DNA from: Waterburya sp.
Lineage (GTDB): Bacteria; Cyanobacteriota; Cyanobacteriia; Cyanobacteriales; Xenococcaceae
Direction: 5' to 3'
Assembly (NCBI GenBank): GCA_965217895.1
Contig: CBDCJV010000002.1
Location: forward strand, 4,928,001 to 4,992,000
DNA length: 64,000 nt
Shown one piece after another: positions 10,380 through 20,500 of the stretch (positions are counted from its first letter, which is position 1; every line of letters begins with the position of its first letter). A model generated the notes under the pieces. It saw only the letters and a program-made list of their open reading frames with translations, did no database searches and was not told where the DNA came from. A program made the translations under genes and the position numbers.

Positions 10380-10658
10380 TTTGAATTGAGAAATTTTAGT
10401 TTGTTATTTGCTTTTAGCAATTCTTTTTTTACTAGTCAACCTAAATTTTTCTGACAAAAAACTTTTCAATTTGTTCCAACTTGAAGATGACTTTTACATT
10501 ATTGACTGAACTTTAGGATAGAACAAATTTGCCAGATATTTTGATTGATGATTTAGAATTCTTATCGCTCATTGGAACGAAAAAATAAGTTTTTTTCCCT
10601 CCACTTCCTCTGCCTTTGAAGCCTGTCTCAGCTATCAAATGTAAAAAGTCTATTGTAA

Positions 10659-12809
10659 GTGTCTCTTATGTCTACAAAAGTTACTGTTAATTCTAATCAG
10701 ATCGCAATTAACGATGGTTCTTCGTTCTTAGTCACAGCCAGCGATGGTTCTATCGATGACGATCGCGCCCAAGGTTTTTTTGTAAGTGATACACGCTTAA
10801 TTTCTTACTACGAAATTTCTCTCAATCGTTATTCACTTTCACTATTAGCTTCTAGCAACATCACCCATCATAGTGCGCTGTACCAATTTACTAACCCGCA
10901 ATTTCCTACGGTTAATGGCAATTTACCTTCTGGGAGTTTGCTGGTAACCATCCGACGCGATATTGTCGGGGGGATGCACGAAGATATAGATATTACCAAT
11001 CATCACCAAGAAGCAGTAGAGTTTCAACTGATGCTGGCAATTCGTTCTGATTTTGCCGATATCTTTGAGGTAAAAGCCAAGAATGTTTTAATCAGAGGAG
11101 AAACAGCAACAACTTGGAAAGATGGCATACTCTCTACCGAGTATCGTAATGGTGATTTTTCACGAGGCATTGTAACTGAGGCAGTTAATACGAGTTCAAC
11201 AGTAAGATATGCTAACGGTCGTTTGATGTTTGATGTAGCGATACCTGCGGTAAGCTGCGCTAACGCTCCTGGTAAAACATGGCATACTTGTCTCAACTTT
11301 ACAGCTAAAGCTAATGGAAATATTCTCAAACCTGAAGCTACCTGTGCAGTGACTCACAGTACACCAGCGGGAAAAGTTAGAGACGACTTTCTAAATAATG
11401 CCACCAAGTTGCGATCGTCTAATGCAGAGATTCAAGCATTTTATCATCAGGCGATCGTCGATCTGGGCGCGCTGCGGATTAAAGTCGATGATAACGGGCA
11501 TCAGTTTTGGATGCCTGCTGCTGGTATTCCCTGGTTTGTTGCAGTTTTTGGACGCGACTCAATTATTGCTAGCCTGCAAACAATGGCGGTTTACCACGAA
11601 TTTGCTCATGGTACGCTTGTAAGATTATCTCAACTACAGGCAAAACAGTTAGATGACTGGCACGATGCCCAACCAGGCAAGATGCTGCACGAACTGCGTC
11701 ATGATGAGCTAACAAAAATAAATAAACTCCCGTACAGTCCTTACTACGGCACAGTAGATACCACTATTCTTTGGATTGTTACTTTAGCTGAAGCCTATGC
11801 TTGGAATGCTGACTTTGGTATGCTGGATGAGTGTCGATCGCCACTCTTAAAGGCATTAAATTGGATCGATAAATACGGCGATTTTGATGGCGATGGATTT
11901 GTTGAGTATTTAACTCATTCTAATGACGGATTACGTAATCAAGGCTGGAAAGATTCTGGTGATGCAATAGTTTATCCCAATGGTCAGTTAGTCGAGCCAC
12001 CAATAACTTTATGTGAACTACAGGGTTACGTCTACGATGCTTGGCTCAAAGCAGCTTCAATTTATGAGGTGTGGGGAGAAAAAGAACAAGCCAAACACCT
12101 ACGCCAAAAAGCAGAGTCACTTTATCAACGATTCAATGAACAATTCTGGATGGAATCAGAAGGTTTTTATTGTCTTGGTCTAGATAATAACAAGCAGCAA
12201 ATTAAGACTATTGCTTCAAATCCTGGTCATCTTTTGTGGTCTGGTATTGTACCCGAAGAACGAGCCACCAAAGTTGTCGAACGACTTTTCCAACCAGATA
12301 TGTGGTGTGGTTGGGGTGTGCGGACTCTTTCTGCGAAACATCGAGCTTATAACCCGATTAGTTATCAACTGGGTAGTATTTGGCCTCACGATAACTCGAT
12401 TATTGCCGCAGGATTAAAGCGTTATGGCTATCACGAAGAAGCGGGCGAGATTGCCGAGGGGATTTTTGCTGCTGCTAGTTATTTTCAAGCTGGGCGGATG
12501 CCAGAATTATTTGCGGGAATTGAACGCCGAGAAGATAACTTTCCAGTCCCCTATCCCGATGCTAATGTACCCCAAGCTTGGGCTGCTGGCTCGATTCCAT
12601 TTCTAATTCGTAGCATTTTAGGGCTTGAAGCCGATGCACCACAGCGAAAGTTAAAAGTCCAGCCTAATTTACCAGAGTGCTTGCCAGATTTAGAACTGAC
12701 AAATCTAAGTGTAGGAGACGCTACAGTTGCATTACGGTTTTGGCGCGAAGGCAAAAAAACTCAATGGAAAGTTACTGCTTTAGATGGTGAATTAAAAGTT
12801 TATCAATAG
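10659..12809 (+). CDS. glycogen debranching enzyme-like amylo-alpha-1,6-glucosidase
   Basis: AAGIPWF..FGRDS, PGKMLHE, NQGWKDS, YQLGSIWPHDN, PQAWAAG. Confidence 0.9.
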   Translation: MSLMSTKVTVNSNQIAINDGSSFLVTASDGSIDDDRAQGFFVSDTRLISYYEISLNRYSLSLLASSNITHHSALYQFTNPQFPTVNGNLPSGSLLVTIRRDIVGGMHEDIDITNHHQEAVEFQLMLAIRSDFADIFEVKAKNVLIRGETATTWKDGILSTEYRNGDFSRGIVTEAVNTSSTVRYANGRLMFDVAIPAVSCANAPGKTWHTCLNFTAKANGNILKPEATCAVTHSTPAGKVRDDFLNNATKLRSSNAEIQAFYHQAIVDLGALRIKVDDNGHQFWMPAAGIPWFVAVFGRDSIIASLQTMAVYHEFAHGTLVRLSQLQAKQLDDWHDAQPGKMLHELRHDELTKINKLPYSPYYGTVDTTILWIVTLAEAYAWNADFGMLDECRSPLLKALNWIDKYGDFDGDGFVEYLTHSNDGLRNQGWKDSGDAIVYPNGQLVEPPITLCELQGYVYDAWLKAASIYEVWGEKEQAKHLRQKAESLYQRFNEQFWMESEGFYCLGLDNNKQQIKTIASNPGHLLWSGIVPEERATKVVERLFQPDMWCGWGVRTLSAKHRAYNPISYQLGSIWPHDNSIIAAGLKRYGYHEEAGEIAEGIFAAASYFQAGRMPELFAGIERREDNFPVPYPDANVPQAWAAGSIPFLIRSILGLEADAPQRKLKVQPNLPECLPDLELTNLSVGDATVALRFWREGKKTQWKVTALDGELKVYQ
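11243..11263. repeat. 21-nt SDR5-type insert splitting a HIP1 site
   Basis: GCGAT|ACCTGCGGTAAGCTGCGCTAA|CGC; two mini hairpins; in-frame 7-codon insertion. Confidence 0.8.
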
Positions 12810-13092
12810 CTAAAGATTCCTAGATTTAAAGTATTACTCAATTATAGAGAGCGAATTTTCTAAAAATTTCAAAGAGCGAGAAATAGCATTAACTGTGTAA
12901 AGTTTAAAAGTAAAAATTTGTCAAAAATATCCTGAAATCAAACAGACTTAAAATCAAAGGTTTTTTACTAAAAAGTTTTGTTTTGTTCTTACTGAAGATG
13001 GATTTTTCCTAACTGAATCAACTTTACGATCTAAAGAAACCTTCAAACTCACAAAAATCTAATTCTCTCTTAAAGGAATTAAGGAGTGCCTA

Positions 13093-13791
13093 ATGCCAAG
13101 CTGGTTGTACAATTTAGCCATTCTTTCCCTAATTACAGCAGGAATTTGTGCGCTAATTATGGCGATTGATATTTTAGGTAAACATCCTCAAAATATGTGG
13201 ATTATGTCAATCGTATGGCCGATCACCGCGCTATGGTCGGGGCCAGTGGGGCTATACGCCTATTACAAAGTAGGTCGATTAAGCAGTAAGAAACGAGTTC
13301 AACGGGCAAAAGATCGGGGCGAAAAAACCCCCAACAAAAAGAAACCATTTTGGCAAAGCGTGGGCGTTGGGGCGACTCACTGTGGCAGTGGCTGTACCCT
13401 GGCAGATATTTGTGCAGAATGGTTTGCTTTCTTTGTTCCCGTCGTAGTTTTTGGCAGTCATATTCTTGATACCTGGATACTAGATTATGTTGTGGCACTT
13501 GTCTTGGGAATCGCATTTCAATATTTCACCATCAAACCGATGCGGGGATTATCGGTGGTGGATGGATTAAAAGCAGCGGTGAAAGCAGATATCCTGTCGT
13601 TAACTGCATGGCAGGTAGGGATGTATGGCTGGATGGCGATCGCTTTCTTTGTTTTATTCTCACCAGAAACCTTAAAACCGACTACTCCAGTGTTTTGGTT
13701 GATGATGCAAATTGGCATGGCTTTGGGTTTCCTTACCAGTTATTTAGTTAACTGGTGGTTGCTCAAACAAAACATCAAAGAAGTTATGTAA
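13093..13791 (+). CDS. DUF4396 family membrane protein
   Basis: THCGSGCTLAD, FQYF, DILSLTAWQVGM, NWWL...IKE.M. Confidence 0.85.
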   Translation: MPSWLYNLAILSLITAGICALIMAIDILGKHPQNMWIMSIVWPITALWSGPVGLYAYYKVGRLSSKKRVQRAKDRGEKTPNKKKPFWQSVGVGATHCGSGCTLADICAEWFAFFVPVVVFGSHILDTWILDYVVALVLGIAFQYFTIKPMRGLSVVDGLKAAVKADILSLTAWQVGMYGWMAIAFFVLFSPETLKPTTPVFWLMMQIGMALGFLTSYLVNWWLLKQNIKEVM

Positions 13792-13819
13792 ACCAAGTTA
13801 AGATTTTTTTGAAATAATT

Positions 13820-16243
13820 ATGGTTAAATTTCTCGACCGACAACAGGCATTTGGCGCACCAGGAATCGAACCTCGTTGGACTCATAGTAATAAAGAAGGA
13901 GTTGGCACGGCATACTCCACCGCTAGTCGCCTTTGGTTTACAATTTGGAACGGCATTGTTACCGAAGTCTACTATCCCACTATAGATCGTCCTCAAGTTC
14001 GCGATCTCCAGTATCTTATTACTGACGGCAACAGTCTATTTCACGAAGAAAAGTGCGATCTCAAATCGAAAGTCGAAAAAATTGACGCTCGTACTTTAGG
14101 ATATCGCATTACTAATAGTGACCCAAATGGACGTTATACCATTACCAAAGAAGTAATTAGCGATCCTCATCTATCTTGTCTTTTGCAACACACGAAGTTG
14201 AATGGAAATCCAGAAGATCTTTCTAAGTTAAAGCTATATGCTTTGTGTGCGCCTCACCTGGAGGTTGGCGGTTGGGGCAATAATGCTCAAATTGTTGAAG
14301 TTGGCGGAAAAAAAATTTTGACAGCACAAAAAGGGGATAATTGGCTAGCGATCGCAGCGACAATTCCTTTTACCCATGTTTCCTGCGGCTATGTCGGTCA
14401 GAGTGATGGTTGGACAGATCTGGCTGATAACTACCAACTAGATTGGCAATTTGATCGCGCAAGCAATGGTAACGTGGCATTAACGGGGGAACTAGACTTA
14501 AAACAGAGTCATGAGTTTACCCTAGGACTTGCTTTTGGCACTACCGTTCACAACGCTATTTCAACCTTGTGGCAATCGTTGTCAACTCCTTTTCAAGAGC
14601 AACAGCAAGACTATCAAAAACAGTGGTCGCGTACTTGTGATGACATTTTGCCTTTAGAAAAAGTTTCTGGCGATGAAGGTAAGCTATATCACACTAGCCA
14701 TAGTCTACTACTGACCCACGAAGATAAAACTTATCCTGGTGCTTTGATTGCTTCTCTGACAATTCCCTGGGGTGAATCTAAAGGGGACAGCGATCGCGGC
14801 GGCTATCATCTTGTTTGGACGCGGGATATGGTTAGTTCGGCAGCAGGATTAATGGCAGCAGGACACAACGCTATAGCCTTGCGATCGCTGATTTATCTTG
14901 CCACTACCCAAGAAGAAGATGGCGGCTTCGCCCAAAACTTCTGGATCGATGGTGAAGCTTACTGGACGGGAATTCAATTAGATGAAGTTGCTTTTCCCAT
15001 TCTACTGGCGCGCAAACTACACCAAGAAAACGCACTTTCTAACTTCGATATTTATCCGATGATTCTGCGTGCAGCAGAGTATTTAATTCGCCAAGGGCCA
15101 GCTACTCAAGAGGAGCGATGGGAAGAAAATAGTGGCTATTCTCCTTCGACTCTAGCTGCCTGTATTGCGGCCTTAATTTGTGCTGCCTGTATCGTACGCG
15201 AACACGGAGATGAAAATACGGCTCGGTTTATCGAAGAATATGCTGACTTTTTAGAATGCCACATTGAAGCTTGGACGGTGACGACTAAAGGAACACTAGT
15301 TCCAGGCATTAAACAGCACTATATTCGGATTACGCCAGCAGATTCTAGCAGTCCCCATCCCAACGAAGATCCTAACAACGGAACTGTAAATCTTACCAGC
15401 CGTCCTCCTAATAAGAAAAATGTCTTTCCCGCCAAAGAAATTGTCGATGGAGGCTTTTTGCAACTGGTTCGCTACGGTATTCGCGCTGCTGATGACCCGA
15501 TTATTGTCAATTCGGTCAAGGTAATCGATCGGGTTCTCAAAGTAGATACTCCTTTTGGTTTACTCTGGCATCGTTACAATCACGATGGCTACGGACAAAG
15601 AGAAGACGGAAGTGCTTATGACGGTTGGGGGACTGGACGGGGTTGGCCGTTATTAAGCGGGGAACGAGGACACTACGAGCTGGCATTAGGACACGATATA
15701 AAACCCTATATTGAAGCAATGGAAGGATTTGCTACCGATACAGGATTATTACCAGAACAAGCCTGGGACGAAGAGGATCTGCCCGATGCCCATATGTATT
15801 TAGGAAGACCTACAGGTTCGGCAATGCCTTTGTTATGGGCGCAGGCGGAATATGTTAAACTCCTACGCTCTACTAGTGATGGTCGGGTTTTTGATTCGAT
15901 CCCCGAAGTTGCCGAGCGGTACTTAGGCGATCGCAGTAAATGTAAATCTTTAGAAGTTTGGAAGTTCAACCGTCAAGTAGAGAAGATCGATCCAGAACAC
16001 ACCTTACGTATTCAAGCAACCGCACCTTTCCAACTCCATTGGACTCGGGATAACTGGCAAACGAACAAAGATACATCGTCAAGTACTACAGCTTTGACTA
16101 TTTATTTTGTCGATCTGACGATTTCAGATACTAAAGCAACAGCGATCGAGTTTACTTTCTTCTGGAGCAATTCTCATAGCTGGGAAGGACGTAACTATCA
16201 AATTGCAGTAAAAAGGGATGCGATCCCACATCCTACATCCTAA
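13820..16243 (+). CDS. GH15 glucoamylase/glucodextranase-like
   Basis: APGIEPRW, GGYHLVWTRD, QLDE, ERWEE, LLPEQ, PLLWAQAEY. Confidence 0.92.
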   Translation: MVKFLDRQQAFGAPGIEPRWTHSNKEGVGTAYSTASRLWFTIWNGIVTEVYYPTIDRPQVRDLQYLITDGNSLFHEEKCDLKSKVEKIDARTLGYRITNSDPNGRYTITKEVISDPHLSCLLQHTKLNGNPEDLSKLKLYALCAPHLEVGGWGNNAQIVEVGGKKILTAQKGDNWLAIAATIPFTHVSCGYVGQSDGWTDLADNYQLDWQFDRASNGNVALTGELDLKQSHEFTLGLAFGTTVHNAISTLWQSLSTPFQEQQQDYQKQWSRTCDDILPLEKVSGDEGKLYHTSHSLLLTHEDKTYPGALIASLTIPWGESKGDSDRGGYHLVWTRDMVSSAAGLMAAGHNAIALRSLIYLATTQEEDGGFAQNFWIDGEAYWTGIQLDEVAFPILLARKLHQENALSNFDIYPMILRAAEYLIRQGPATQEERWEENSGYSPSTLAACIAALICAACIVREHGDENTARFIEEYADFLECHIEAWTVTTKGTLVPGIKQHYIRITPADSSSPHPNEDPNNGTVNLTSRPPNKKNVFPAKEIVDGGFLQLVRYGIRAADDPIIVNSVKVIDRVLKVDTPFGLLWHRYNHDGYGQREDGSAYDGWGTGRGWPLLSGERGHYELALGHDIKPYIEAMEGFATDTGLLPEQAWDEEDLPDAHMYLGRPTGSAMPLLWAQAEYVKLLRSTSDGRVFDSIPEVAERYLGDRSKCKSLEVWKFNRQVEKIDPEHTLRIQATAPFQLHWTRDNWQTNKDTSSSTTALTIYFVDLTISDTKATAIEFTFFWSNSHSWEGRNYQIAVKRDAIPHPTS

Positions 16244-16334
16244 TACAACCCAAGTCTCTCGCTAGGTTCAAAAATTGGTATAACATTGAGATAATAACAT
16301 TTCCAACTTCAAGACCAGTGCCAGAGATAAAGCG

Positions 16335-17396
16335 ATGACTAAAAAACAATCTCTTTCTTTGATGGATAGACTTACTCAAGGTGCGCCGTTTGCTGTTTTA
16401 CTGTTATTATCTCTCCTCATCCTCTACCAACTTCGCGCGGTTTTAGAGCTTATTGCGATCGCCATTTTATTATCGCTAGTTTTTCAAACCTTACTGCATC
16501 AGCTAGAAAAATTGGTAAAAAAGCCTTGGCTAGCAGTTCTAATTCTATCCGTTGCCATCATTGGTTTAACCATAATGTTCCCCTTGGTTATTGTCCCTAG
16601 TCTTTTGGATCAGGTGGGAAAACTATCTTCACAATTACCACAATACATCAACAATTTAACCTCAGAGTCTCACAACCTCCACGAGCAATATCAACTTGTT
16701 CCCGATCTTTCTCAGGAAATTAGTAAATTAAAGAATTTTATCGATGGTGTTATCGGTTCATTACCCCAGATGCTAGCACAAGTCTTTGGGATTACTATTG
16801 AGGTGTTTGCTACAGTTGTTTTAGCTCTTTACATTACCAGTGACCCCAAATTTCTGATTAACGGACTGTTGAGATTTACACCGCGCCGTCATCATCAGCA
16901 AACAAAGCGCATCCTCAAAAATATCACATCAGGGCTTCAAGGCTGGATGACTGGTACACTATGGGCAATGCTGTTTCTTGGTGTTGGTACGATAATAGGA
17001 CTTTGGATTCTCGGCATTCCCTTGGCGTTATCTTTTGGTATTATTGCTGGTTTGCTAGAGGTAATTCCTTATGTTGGTAGTTTTGCTGGAGGCTTTTTAC
17101 CGGCGCTGGTTGCTTTAACTATCTCACCAGTAAAATTAATTTTGGTAATAATTTTATTTTTGATCCTCAACCAAATTGATGCTCATATTGTTCAACCCTT
17201 AGTTATGGGGCATCAAGTAAACATACATCCAATTGGCGTTATCGTAGCAATTTTAATTATGGGTGAACTGTTAGGCGTTATTGGTGTGATCTTTGCTATC
17301 CCTGCTGCGGTCATAATCATGAAGTTGCTCGATGAATTTACTCCACAGTCAAATTCTTCAAAACCCTCATTAGACCTCTTGCACAAATCACCATAA
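16335..17396 (+). CDS. AI-2E family transporter
   Basis: Multi-TM; IPYVGS, IVQPLVMG..VNIHP, GVIGVIFAIP. Confidence 0.9.
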   Translation: MTKKQSLSLMDRLTQGAPFAVLLLLSLLILYQLRAVLELIAIAILLSLVFQTLLHQLEKLVKKPWLAVLILSVAIIGLTIMFPLVIVPSLLDQVGKLSSQLPQYINNLTSESHNLHEQYQLVPDLSQEISKLKNFIDGVIGSLPQMLAQVFGITIEVFATVVLALYITSDPKFLINGLLRFTPRRHHQQTKRILKNITSGLQGWMTGTLWAMLFLGVGTIIGLWILGIPLALSFGIIAGLLEVIPYVGSFAGGFLPALVALTISPVKLILVIILFLILNQIDAHIVQPLVMGHQVNIHPIGVIVAILIMGELLGVIGVIFAIPAAVIIMKLLDEFTPQSNSSKPSLDLLHKSP

Positions 17397-17466
17397 ACTA
17401 CTTTTCCAAGAGGTAATAGGTAGTAGGTAATAAGAAGGCTAATATTTTATTCATGCAAGAGGTCTA
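17371..17466. mobile_element. MITE (~96 bp) with internal AGGTA(A/G)T heptamers
   Basis: Perfect 13-bp TIR TAGACCTCTTGCA / TGCAAGAGGTCTA. Confidence 0.75.
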
Positions 17467-17528
17467 TTAATAAATAATTTGGTCATGTATTTAGCTAGAT
17501 TCGAGAATTGATAAATGCTAAATAATGT

Positions 17529-18071
17529 TCATTGCTTAACCGCATAAAAACTTAAGCTGGTATTTCCATAAGACTTAGTGCGATAGATCTCCAACCCTGG
17601 TATTTCTTTAGCTTGCCAGAGTTTGGGGTTATATTCAACTGCGATCGCACCTTCGGGGGTAATTAATTCAAGAGTTGCGATCGCTTTTAAAACTGGCAGA
17701 TATAAATAACTATGATCGTAAGGTGGATCGAAATATATCCAGTCAAACTGCTGTCCTTCTAAGCTATTTATTTTAACCAATACGTCTCCCTTAATTACTT
17801 TATAAGACTGTTCTGGAGAGGCTAGCTGCTGCCAATTTTGCTCAATAATGTTACAGGCTTTGCCGTACTGTTCAATGGCTGTTACTTTGCTAGCACCGCG
17901 ACAGAGAGCTTCTGCCCCCATCGAACCATTACCAGCACACAAGTCTAGCCAACGACTATCGGTCAAGCGATCGCACCAAATATTAAATAAAGCCTCTCTT
18001 ACCCTAGCTGAAGTGGGACGAGTTCTTTGTCCTGGAACTGTTTTTAGCTGTCGATTTCCATAGATTCTCAT
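17529..18071 (-). CDS. rsmD: 16S rRNA m2G966 methyltransferase
   Basis: TRPT..RVREALFN, LDLCAGNG, FDPPY. Confidence 0.93.
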   Translation of the reverse strand: MRIYGNRQLKTVPGQRTRPTSARVREALFNIWCDRLTDSRWLDLCAGNGSMGAEALCRGASKVTAIEQYGKACNIIEQNWQQLASPEQSYKVIKGDVLVKINSLEGQQFDWIYFDPPYDHSYLYLPVLKAIATLELITPEGAIAVEYNPKLWQAKEIPGLEIYRTKSYGNTSLSFYAVKQ

Positions 18072-18162
18072 ATTTTTAGTTGATTTAACAGGACGGGATT
18101 GTTTTATTCGGTAAAGTTATGATAAGTAAAGAATCAATTTCCGCAGATAAATCAATTCTGTT

Positions 18163-18387
18163 ATGACAACCAAAAGTAATGTTATCTGTAGCGATCCAGA
18201 TATTATGGGAGGAACGCCTGTATTTAGAGGAACTCGTGTACCAATCAAAAACTTGCTTGATTATCTAGAAGCAGGAGATTCGTTAAACACATTTATCGAA
18301 CATTTTCCAAGTGTTACTAAACAAGATGCTATTTTAGTTCTCGAACTAGCAAAAGAAATGCTTATTGCTTATGCGAATCCTGCTTAA
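18163..18387 (+). CDS. DUF433 antitoxin
   Basis: DPDIMGGTPVFRGTRVP motif. Confidence 0.9.
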   Translation: MTTKSNVICSDPDIMGGTPVFRGTRVPIKNLLDYLEAGDSLNTFIEHFPSVTKQDAILVLELAKEMLIAYANPA

Positions 18388-18697
18388 TGAATGTGTTCCA
18401 AAACTATTAAAGCGTGAATTTTCCAATTTTAATATTAAAACGGTTGTGGAAATGGGCTGGTCGGGAAGAAAAAACGGAGCATTGCTAAAACTAATGTCTG
18501 AGGAAAGATTTACTGTTTTGTTGACTTCTGACCAAAATTTGAAATATGAGCAAAATTTACAGCAAGCAAGTATCGGACTAATAGTTATGGTTGCGCATAC
18601 TAATCGTCTGTCTGATTTATTGCCATTAGCATCAAAAGTGCGTGAAGCTTTGAATACGATTTTACCAGGGGAAGTAATTGAAGTTAATAATTATTAA
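18371..18697 (+). CDS. DUF5615 PIN-like toxin (first acidic residue appears as Asn)
   Basis: MRILLNECVP, GWSG.KNG.LL, LLTSDQNL; overlaps the DUF433 stop. Confidence 0.8.
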   Translation: MRILLNECVPKLLKREFSNFNIKTVVEMGWSGRKNGALLKLMSEERFTVLLTSDQNLKYEQNLQQASIGLIVMVAHTNRLSDLLPLASKVREALNTILPGEVIEVNNY

Positions 18698-18790
18698 ATG
18701 CTGTAATCGCACTACTAGCTAGTAGGACTGATTTGGTTGCGAGATTAATTGTACAAACAAGTAAGTATGGTAACAAAAATTAGTTAGTAA

Positions 18791-19621
18791 TCAGTCTCCA
18801 AAACAATAAGTACTAAAATTACACACTAATGTATAGCCAATTTTTTGATAAATACTATTTGAGGTGGGATTAGCTAGATCGGTAAACAAAAAAGAGAATT
18901 TGTATCCTCGATTTAGCAAATTCTGACTTAGAGCAGCAACACAAGAGCTTGCGTAGCCTTTTTGACGATATTCTGGAGGAGTATATACAGCATTAATTCT
19001 GATACCGTTAGGAGTTGCACCGCTAAAACTTGCCATCGATACAGGAAGGTCATTTTGCCAAATATATAAACTATTCTGGCTGAAACGGCGATCGCACCAA
19101 TTTTGATAATTTTGTTCTGATTCCTTTTCGCCAAGTGCTTCTTCAGTAAAAGCTTTAATCCAACTAATCAATAAAGAGCGATCGCTTTGGGTAGCCAAAC
19201 GCAGATAACCATCAGTCTTATTAACTGGTTTTACGGCTTCTAGCTGATAAATACGTTGTGCCAAACCCAGTTGAAAAGATTGCCCAGTCAGTGATTGCCA
19301 CAGTTGAGCAAAAGCCAATGCTTCAGGTTTGGGGGCGATAACACCAGGCAAAGATTCCTGCCGAGAAATCAAATCTCTGACAATAAGAGCGATCGCGTCT
19401 TTAGATAACGATTGGGATAGAATTAGTTTATGAGGTGGAGTAATACAAGCAGCAACTACAACAGTATTATTTTCCTTAACTACAGCTAGATATGGTTGCT
19501 CTTTGAAATCTTTTTGAGAACACAACCCTAACATCAAGCAGTGAGTAGCTTCTTGCTGGAGCAGATAATCTTTTACAGTTTGATAGTAGCGATCTATATT
19601 TTCAAAATGTTCAATTTGCAT
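18791..19621 (-). CDS. GNAT family N-acetyltransferase
   Basis: VYTPPEYRQKGYA and NPTSNSIYQKIGY. Confidence 0.9.
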   Translation of the reverse strand: MQIEHFENIDRYYQTVKDYLLQQEATHCLMLGLCSQKDFKEQPYLAVVKENNTVVVAACITPPHKLILSQSLSKDAIALIVRDLISRQESLPGVIAPKPEALAFAQLWQSLTGQSFQLGLAQRIYQLEAVKPVNKTDGYLRLATQSDRSLLISWIKAFTEEALGEKESEQNYQNWCDRRFSQNSLYIWQNDLPVSMASFSGATPNGIRINAVYTPPEYRQKGYASSCVAALSQNLLNRGYKFSFLFTDLANPTSNSIYQKIGYTLVCNFSTYCFGD

Positions 19622-19696
19622 TTTCTGATTTTTACCAAATGCTAGTTTCTCGATCTTACAAATTTATAGTTGCAAGATACCTCATCTCTCATCCCT

Positions 19697-20194
19697 TTAA
19701 GAATTAATCCATTTAGGAGAAGTAAGCAGAAACAATGTGCTGCGAGAAATTGGCGTACCTATACCAGGAAGCTCTAAACCTACAATACCCGCTTTTTTAA
19801 CTACTATCTGACCTTTAACAGTACCCCAAATCAGCATTTCTGCCCAGTTACCTAAATCTGGCTGATGTCCCACTAAAGCTAGTTTTCCTTCAGGGTTATC
19901 AGCTTGCCATTGCTGTAGCCAGCTTAACCACTGCTCAATTTCGCCACGAGGTTTAAGAGGAGAAAAAGTATCCATTTTTTTTGATAAACCAACCTGCTGA
20001 AAAATTTCTGCGGTTTGATAAGCCCGTACTAAAGGACTAGTCAAAATTAGGTCAAACCTTAATTTAGTTGACAGCAGATGTTCTGCTACTTTCTTGGTCT
20101 TATAATGACCTTGCTCAACTAAGGGACGTTTTTCATCATCAGTATAAGTTCCTCGTTCAGCAGCTATACCATGACGAATTAGATAAACTTTCAT
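19697..20194 (-). CDS. sixA: phosphohistidine phosphatase
   Basis: RHG, SPLVRA.QTA, VGHQP. Confidence 0.92.
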   Translation of the reverse strand: MKVYLIRHGIAAERGTYTDDEKRPLVEQGHYKTKKVAEHLLSTKLRFDLILTSPLVRAYQTAEIFQQVGLSKKMDTFSPLKPRGEIEQWLSWLQQWQADNPEGKLALVGHQPDLGNWAEMLIWGTVKGQIVVKKAGIVGLELPGIGTPISRSTLFLLTSPKWINS

Positions 20195-20256
20195 ATGATA
20201 AACAACCTCAAGGTTTTAAAATCACTTTACCTTTTTCTTGCTTAAGATCTTAAGAT

Positions 20257-20410
20257 CACCGTGACAGATGGAGATGGTGGTGTTGCCGCTTCTAGCTTGG
20301 CGGTTGGGGTTCAACAGGTGTTTAAGATTAGACTTGTTGCGAAATAGAAAAGCATTTTTAGGCGTTGTTGATTTAAGTAATGACATACATAACAATTCTG
20401 TTTGGAGCTT
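20257..20410 (+). ncRNA. ssrS: probable 6S RNA
   Basis: Rod-like fold: ACAGA/TCTGT closing stem, CAACAGGT/ACTTGTTG apical stem, central bubble; GTGGTGTTGCCG motif recalled from cyanobacterial 6S RNAs; ends approximate. Confidence 0.6.
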
Positions 20411-20456
20411 CAGAGCCATTAGCCGTTAGCTATTAGCTTTTGAGCAATCTGTCTTG

Positions 20457-20500
20457 ATGGCGAGAGAGGCTCTCGGTCAGAGAGCATCTCTAATCGCCAT
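20457..20500. repeat. long hairpin / palindromic repeat
   Basis: ATGGCGA..GCTCTC-GGTCA-GAGAGC..TCGCCAT; one arm resembles 44175-44194. Confidence 0.55.

Noticed and set aside
20222..20419. 65-aa ORF on minus strand
   Set aside because: Antisense to the probable 6S RNA; no protein motifs
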